Part shown: positions 60,089 to 64,000 of the stretch, piece after piece | Layout of the letters: every line of letters begins with the position of its first letter | Numbering within the stretch: the stretch's first letter is position 1 | Source of the DNA: Paramoeba atlantica | Lineage: Eukaryota; Protista; Discosea | Assembly: GCA_977017575.1 (NCBI GenBank) | Contig: CDRNVI010000044.1 | Coordinates: forward strand, 926,759-990,758 | Reading direction: 5' to 3' | Length of the DNA stretch: 64,000 nt | Program-made: the position numbers and the translations under genes | The notes under the pieces: generated by a model | What the model saw: only the letters and a program-made list of their open reading frames with translations | Told to the model about the DNA's origin: nothing | Databases searched by the model: none

Positions 60089-61062
60089 ATGAGGTTATGG
60101 CGAAGCGTTGCCGCCATTCCTCAGGGGAATGATGCGGAGAAGTGGATGAAGTCTCACGGTCTGTTTGGCCCACCCAAATGCCCTGATCATGGGAACCAGT
60201 TCAGGGTTGACATCCCGGGCAATAATCGGATGCGGCTTTGTGTGCACCGAGAACCTGGTGATCGGAATTCTTGCCGAGTGCACGTTAGCCGATTTCTCCT
60301 TTATATTTCAAGGCGCACTTTGCTGACTCCGAGCATGCTTCTCTTGGTGTGGGCAGATATTGTGAACCATTTGTGCACTGTGGTATCGGACGAAAGGCTG
60401 TGAAGGACATCTTGCGTCACCTCGCGGAGGCTGCGCTTGATCAAGAGCGCAATTTTGATCACGCGTTTTCGCGAATCTAAGTGGACGAGACGTTCATTGG
60501 TAGGGGAAAATACAACAGAGGTCGTAGACAAGGTCAGCGGGGTTGGTGGTTCGCAACACTTACTGAGCAGGAGGGACGGAAAACGGGTCTTACCCATTGG
60601 AAGCTGGTGAGGCGTCGTGACCTAGAAACTCTTCATTCCTTCATTCTGCCCCATCTGGCCAGCGCGATGACTGTTGTGGTCAGCGATTACTGGAAAGGAT
60701 ACGTCAACCTCGGCGAGTATTGCCGACACTGCGCGGTGAACCTCAGCAAGGAGTTCGTTACCTATCAAGGGTACCACACTAATCACGCAGAGGGCGTCCG
60801 CGGTACCATAAAGGGATGGGTTAAGCGCCAGCACTATAATTACGAGGCCACCCCTTTGCAACTCCAGCGAAACGTTGCGCTTCAGTGCGTGAAACTTGGT
60901 GCCACTCACATGGGCTTACACCAAGCTTGGCAATGTCGAATGCAAAATCTTTTGAACTGCGTCCTGCTGCACTACGGGGCTGAAAATCCTGAACGGGAGG
61001 AAGCCAGCGAGAGTTCGTGTAGCGACGGTGACGTAAGTGGCGATGCTGGCGATGGTTTATAA
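60089..61062 (+). mobile_element. Merlin (IS1595/ISXO2-like) DDE transposase pseudogene
   Basis: N-terminal GLF..PKCP.HG...C; RI*VDETFIGRGKYNRGR (D1; TAA at 60478-80), VVSDYWKGY (D2), VNLSKEFV, HTNHAEG (E). One frameshift between the two ORF-track pieces plus a nonsense codon. Confidence 0.92.
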
Positions 61063-62479
61063 TTCTATAAAATATGTTTTTTTCGTATATAGTGGTTTAC
61101 ATATTTTGCTGGGACTCAGGGCTCAACTGTTCTCTCAGCAGGCCGATCATCCTTATCCGTTCCTATATTTACCCATTTCTCTTACAATGTTGATTTTTCA
61201 CATATCGTGGGGGCGCAAAAGGGGGGAAACATCATGCACAGTTGCGGATGTGCAAAATAAACTACGTTTTAGGCAAGTCAATAATTTCAAAAAAAAGAGC
61301 AAGCGAAGGAAGAAGTAATAGTACATCAACTCTTGACAAGAAGGAACTTTGGATCCTGCAGACCTTGTCAGGATGTCCTTTCTTCTGATGGTACAAACCG
61401 ACATAACTTATGTGGATTCCTCGGCTACACTTTATAATAAAGTGGAAAAGCTGCAGTGATTTCGCTAGGTGTCTCAATAGATATCTAATTGAACGCCTTA
61501 CGCATTAGATAAGCATTCACTCAGAGCTGTAGTGAATACCATAAAATACGTACGAGATACAGCGGTGTATGCAACGGATCAATAGATAAGATCAATAAAA
61601 AATATGCATGTAATATGAGTGTGTTCCCACCAGGAGGTCACTCATTCTTCCCCCTTCACAAGCTAGTGTGAAAAACCAACCTGGCCGTGACTTTTCTTGT
61701 GTACCATATTACAGTCAACATCACTTATTACAAAAACACTTATTACAGTCAGCAAGGACTTGCACCCAACTCCTCAGACAATTACCACTAGGCATCCCGT
61801 TGGCAAGGAAGAAGAAATGGGGGCATTTTCTGCAAGAAACGTCTGTTGAATTTTATAATTGTCTATTATAAAAGTCTAAGGGTTTCGAATCCTTCTCTCA
61901 AAAATCCCTCAAAAAAATATGATAGCTCAACGTTAATCATACAGGGTCATCACACGTTCATCATACAGCATCTCTGAGCCATACTGCTTAACAACAGCCG
62001 ATGCTGAAAAGGATATCTACCAGGACTTTGTCATCTTTCGGTCATAAAAAAAATCGGGAACCGACTTGTGGGAGAAAATCCTATGGAGATGGAGAATTCT
62101 TTTTATTTTCATAGGTTGAGTGATAAGCACGCGACAGAAAAAAATATGCACAAGTCACACAGTTCAGATAAAGAAGTACGTAGTGAATGCGCGCAAACGA
62201 ATTCGTCAGAAACTCCATTGAAGAGGACCTCACTAGGAAATGTAAAATGTTTCTAAATGATAAAATACAAAAGTGTGCAATATTTCCAAAAGAACGAAAG
62301 GGACTACATCTGGTTCTGGAAACTAGAATAGATCAATATTTCTGATGTTTCGTTGTAATCAAAAGAATATTCTTCCTTTCGATAGTTTTATCCTTTGTCG
62401 TTATACGGCACTATTTTATGCTTTCAGCTTCAAACATCTGCCATGTACATTACACGTCAATATGTCTGCATTTTTTCAG

Positions 62480-62866
62480 TTATGCAGCCTTCACGAAATA
62501 CGTACGCTTGGGAAAGGCCTTCATCTTTTTCACTTGCTTAAGACTTTTTGCATTTCTTTCGTGTGGCTTTAAAGCTAGTCGTTTCGCCTTTGTCAGCTTT
62601 GGTTTTAAGAATTTCGGCATTTTGCGCTTGTTTTGAGGGCGATCATAAAATTTGCGCAAATTCTCTTTCTCAGTCTGGTTTAAAACTGTTAAAACGCGCG
62701 CTATGCTCCGTCGGACAACCCACTGCTTGCAAGCTTTGGTCTGTGTTCCGGAAGTCTTCGCCGCACAGCGGAGTTGGAGGAGCTCTTTCTTTAGCACATC
62801 CACGCGGGACAGTAAATCCTTCTTGGAAAACTGACGGAGGGCACGTGCACTGTTTGCGTTTACCAT
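62480..62866 (-). CDS. RPL35: 60S ribosomal protein L35 (uL29)
   Basis: ARALRQFSKKDLL...LKKELLQLR...VVRRSIARVLTVLNQTEKENLRKFY...PKLTKAKRLAL...FPKRTYFVKA. Confidence 0.96.
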   Translation of the reverse strand: MVNANSARALRQFSKKDLLSRVDVLKKELLQLRCAAKTSGTQTKACKQWVVRRSIARVLTVLNQTEKENLRKFYDRPQNKRKMPKFLKPKLTKAKRLALKPHERNAKSLKQVKKMKAFPKRTYFVKAA

Positions 62867-63028
62867 TTCAAAATAAAAGGATTATAAAAATGGAAAGAAT
62901 ACCCGAACGCTTCTATAAAGAAAATAAAATGCAGCAAACAAGTAGTTCAACAGTAGTGATTGTATTCTAACCATGATTACAAGTGACACAACATACACCA
63001 CAACATACCCCCATTGGTCATTACCATG

Positions 63029-64000
63029 TTAGATATCTTTAAACGCATCTTTCACACACTGAAAGACGCGCAACGGTACGCCTCGAAAACCAAACTCTTC
63101 CACCAAAGCATTCCGTATCATATTTTCGTATCTTGGGGGCAATTTTTTCCTATCATTCCGTGTTTGTAGGTGTAACAAAAACGTCGGGGGTCGTATATTG
63201 ATTTGCTGTAGCCTACGCACCCGCGTCACGTGATGCGGCATGCTCACCGTTTTCTCCAAGCGCTGCCAAAATCGCGTCAACACGGACGCCGGAATGTGTC
63301 GATTCCACGTCTCATACGCCCGAATCACACTATCCAACAACAGATCCAAATTCAACCCCGTCACCCCAGACACCGCCACGGCATTACAATACTTCACCTC
63401 ATACAGCTGTCTGCGTAGCTTATAATCAATCGCCTCCGCGGTCGCGATCCCATCCTCTACCGTATCCCACTTATTGGCCGCATACACCACCGCCCGCCCC
63501 TCATCCACGCATCGGTACCCAAGAATGAGATCCGCCTTGCTGGGGCACCCCTTGCTGGCATCAAACACCACCACCACGACACTGGCAAACCGCAGCGCCG
63601 ATCGGGTCCGTTTCCACAGTGCCTCCCGAAACGGCCGATCGCGCAGCTCTCGTATGCGCACAAACCCCGCAGTGTCAATCAGCTTCATCCGCGTCCCTTT
63701 GTACACGCAACGTACCTCTAACGTATCCCGTGTGGTCCCCGGCACCTTGGAGACCCGAGCCCGTGGGTGTGCAAACACTCGAGGAGCTTGTTGTGTTCCT
63801 GGGTTACCTTGTGAGAGTCCTCCTCCACGACCTTGTTCAGAGCATCGTTCGGGGGGATCTAACTTCCTTTTCTCCTCCCCCCCTCCCCTCCGTCCTTCCT
63901 CTCCCCCTCCCCCCCTTTCCTCTTCTCCCCCTCCCCTCCCTTCTCCCCAAGATTCCACATGCTCCCCCCCATCTACTTCCCCTCCCCCTCCATCCCCTCC
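63029..64000 (-). CDS. der: EngA/Der-family GTPase, C-terminal part (second G domain plus KH-like domain); 5' end beyond the window
   Basis: VSKVPGTTRD (G2), LIDTAG (G3), ANKWD (G4), PPTFLL...YENMIRNALVEEFGFRGVPLR; frame stays open from 63958 to 64000. Confidence 0.85.
   Translation of the reverse strand, partial: GGDGGGGEVDGGEHVESWGEGRGGGEEERGGGGEEGRRGGGEEKRKLDPPERCSEQGRGGGLSQGNPGTQQAPRVFAHPRARVSKVPGTTRDTLEVRCVYKGTRMKLIDTAGFVRIRELRDRPFREALWKRTRSALRFASVVVVVFDASKGCPSKADLILGYRCVDEGRAVVYAANKWDTVEDGIATAEAIDYKLRRQLYEVKYCNAVAVSGVTGLNLDLLLDSVIRAYETWNRHIPASVLTRFWQRLEKTVSMPHHVTRVRRLQQINIRPPTFLLHLQTRNDRKKLPPRYENMIRNALVEEFGFRGVPLRVFQCVKDAFKDI

Noticed and set aside
59900-61250. Merlin terminal inverted repeats and TSD
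   Set aside because: I could not find a convincing inverted pair with an 8-9-bp duplication by eye.
61935-61966. C/D snoRNA (minus-strand RTGATGA x2)
   Set aside because: No D box (CTGA) at a suitable distance downstream and no terminal stem.

Overview
Eukaryotic, intron-less, gene-dense DNA. About 30 host genes all lie on the minus strand with short spacers, a directional (polycistronic-type) gene cluster. A PPDK ending in the PTS1 signal -SKL, a Merlin transposase relic and 'LP..L..L.L..N.F.G.ID' LRR genes point to a kinetoplastid, most likely a Perkinsela-like prokinetoplastid; this is an inference and no search was run. Recognisable genes: a Trf4-type nucleotidyltransferase (missed by the ORF track because it runs off the left edge), HELQ/PolQ-type helicase, PPDK, PABP, AFG1 ATPase, pyridoxal kinase, SAC3-like, p24, PEN-2, eIF3b, cereblon-type CULT protein, LSM12-like, Sly1, LSm3-like, UBX protein, RPL35 and an EngA/Der GTPase. 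Three gene-poor gaps (33.1-37.5, 43.6-45.5 and 57.2-62.4 kb) hold the accessory material: a TA-flanked 315-bp MITE-like element, a 59-bp palindrome-rich minisatellite, a degenerate tRNA-like Pol III A/B-box element, an iteron-like ATTTAAAT array, many fold-back hairpins, a decayed RLE-type non-LTR retrotransposon and a decayed Merlin transposase. The most striking unexplained pattern is a series of about 8 GC-rich islands of roughly 1-2 kb. In most of them both strands read C-rich then G-rich, a GC-skew inversion that cuts through coding sequence and drives both synonymous codon choice and low-complexity protein inserts.
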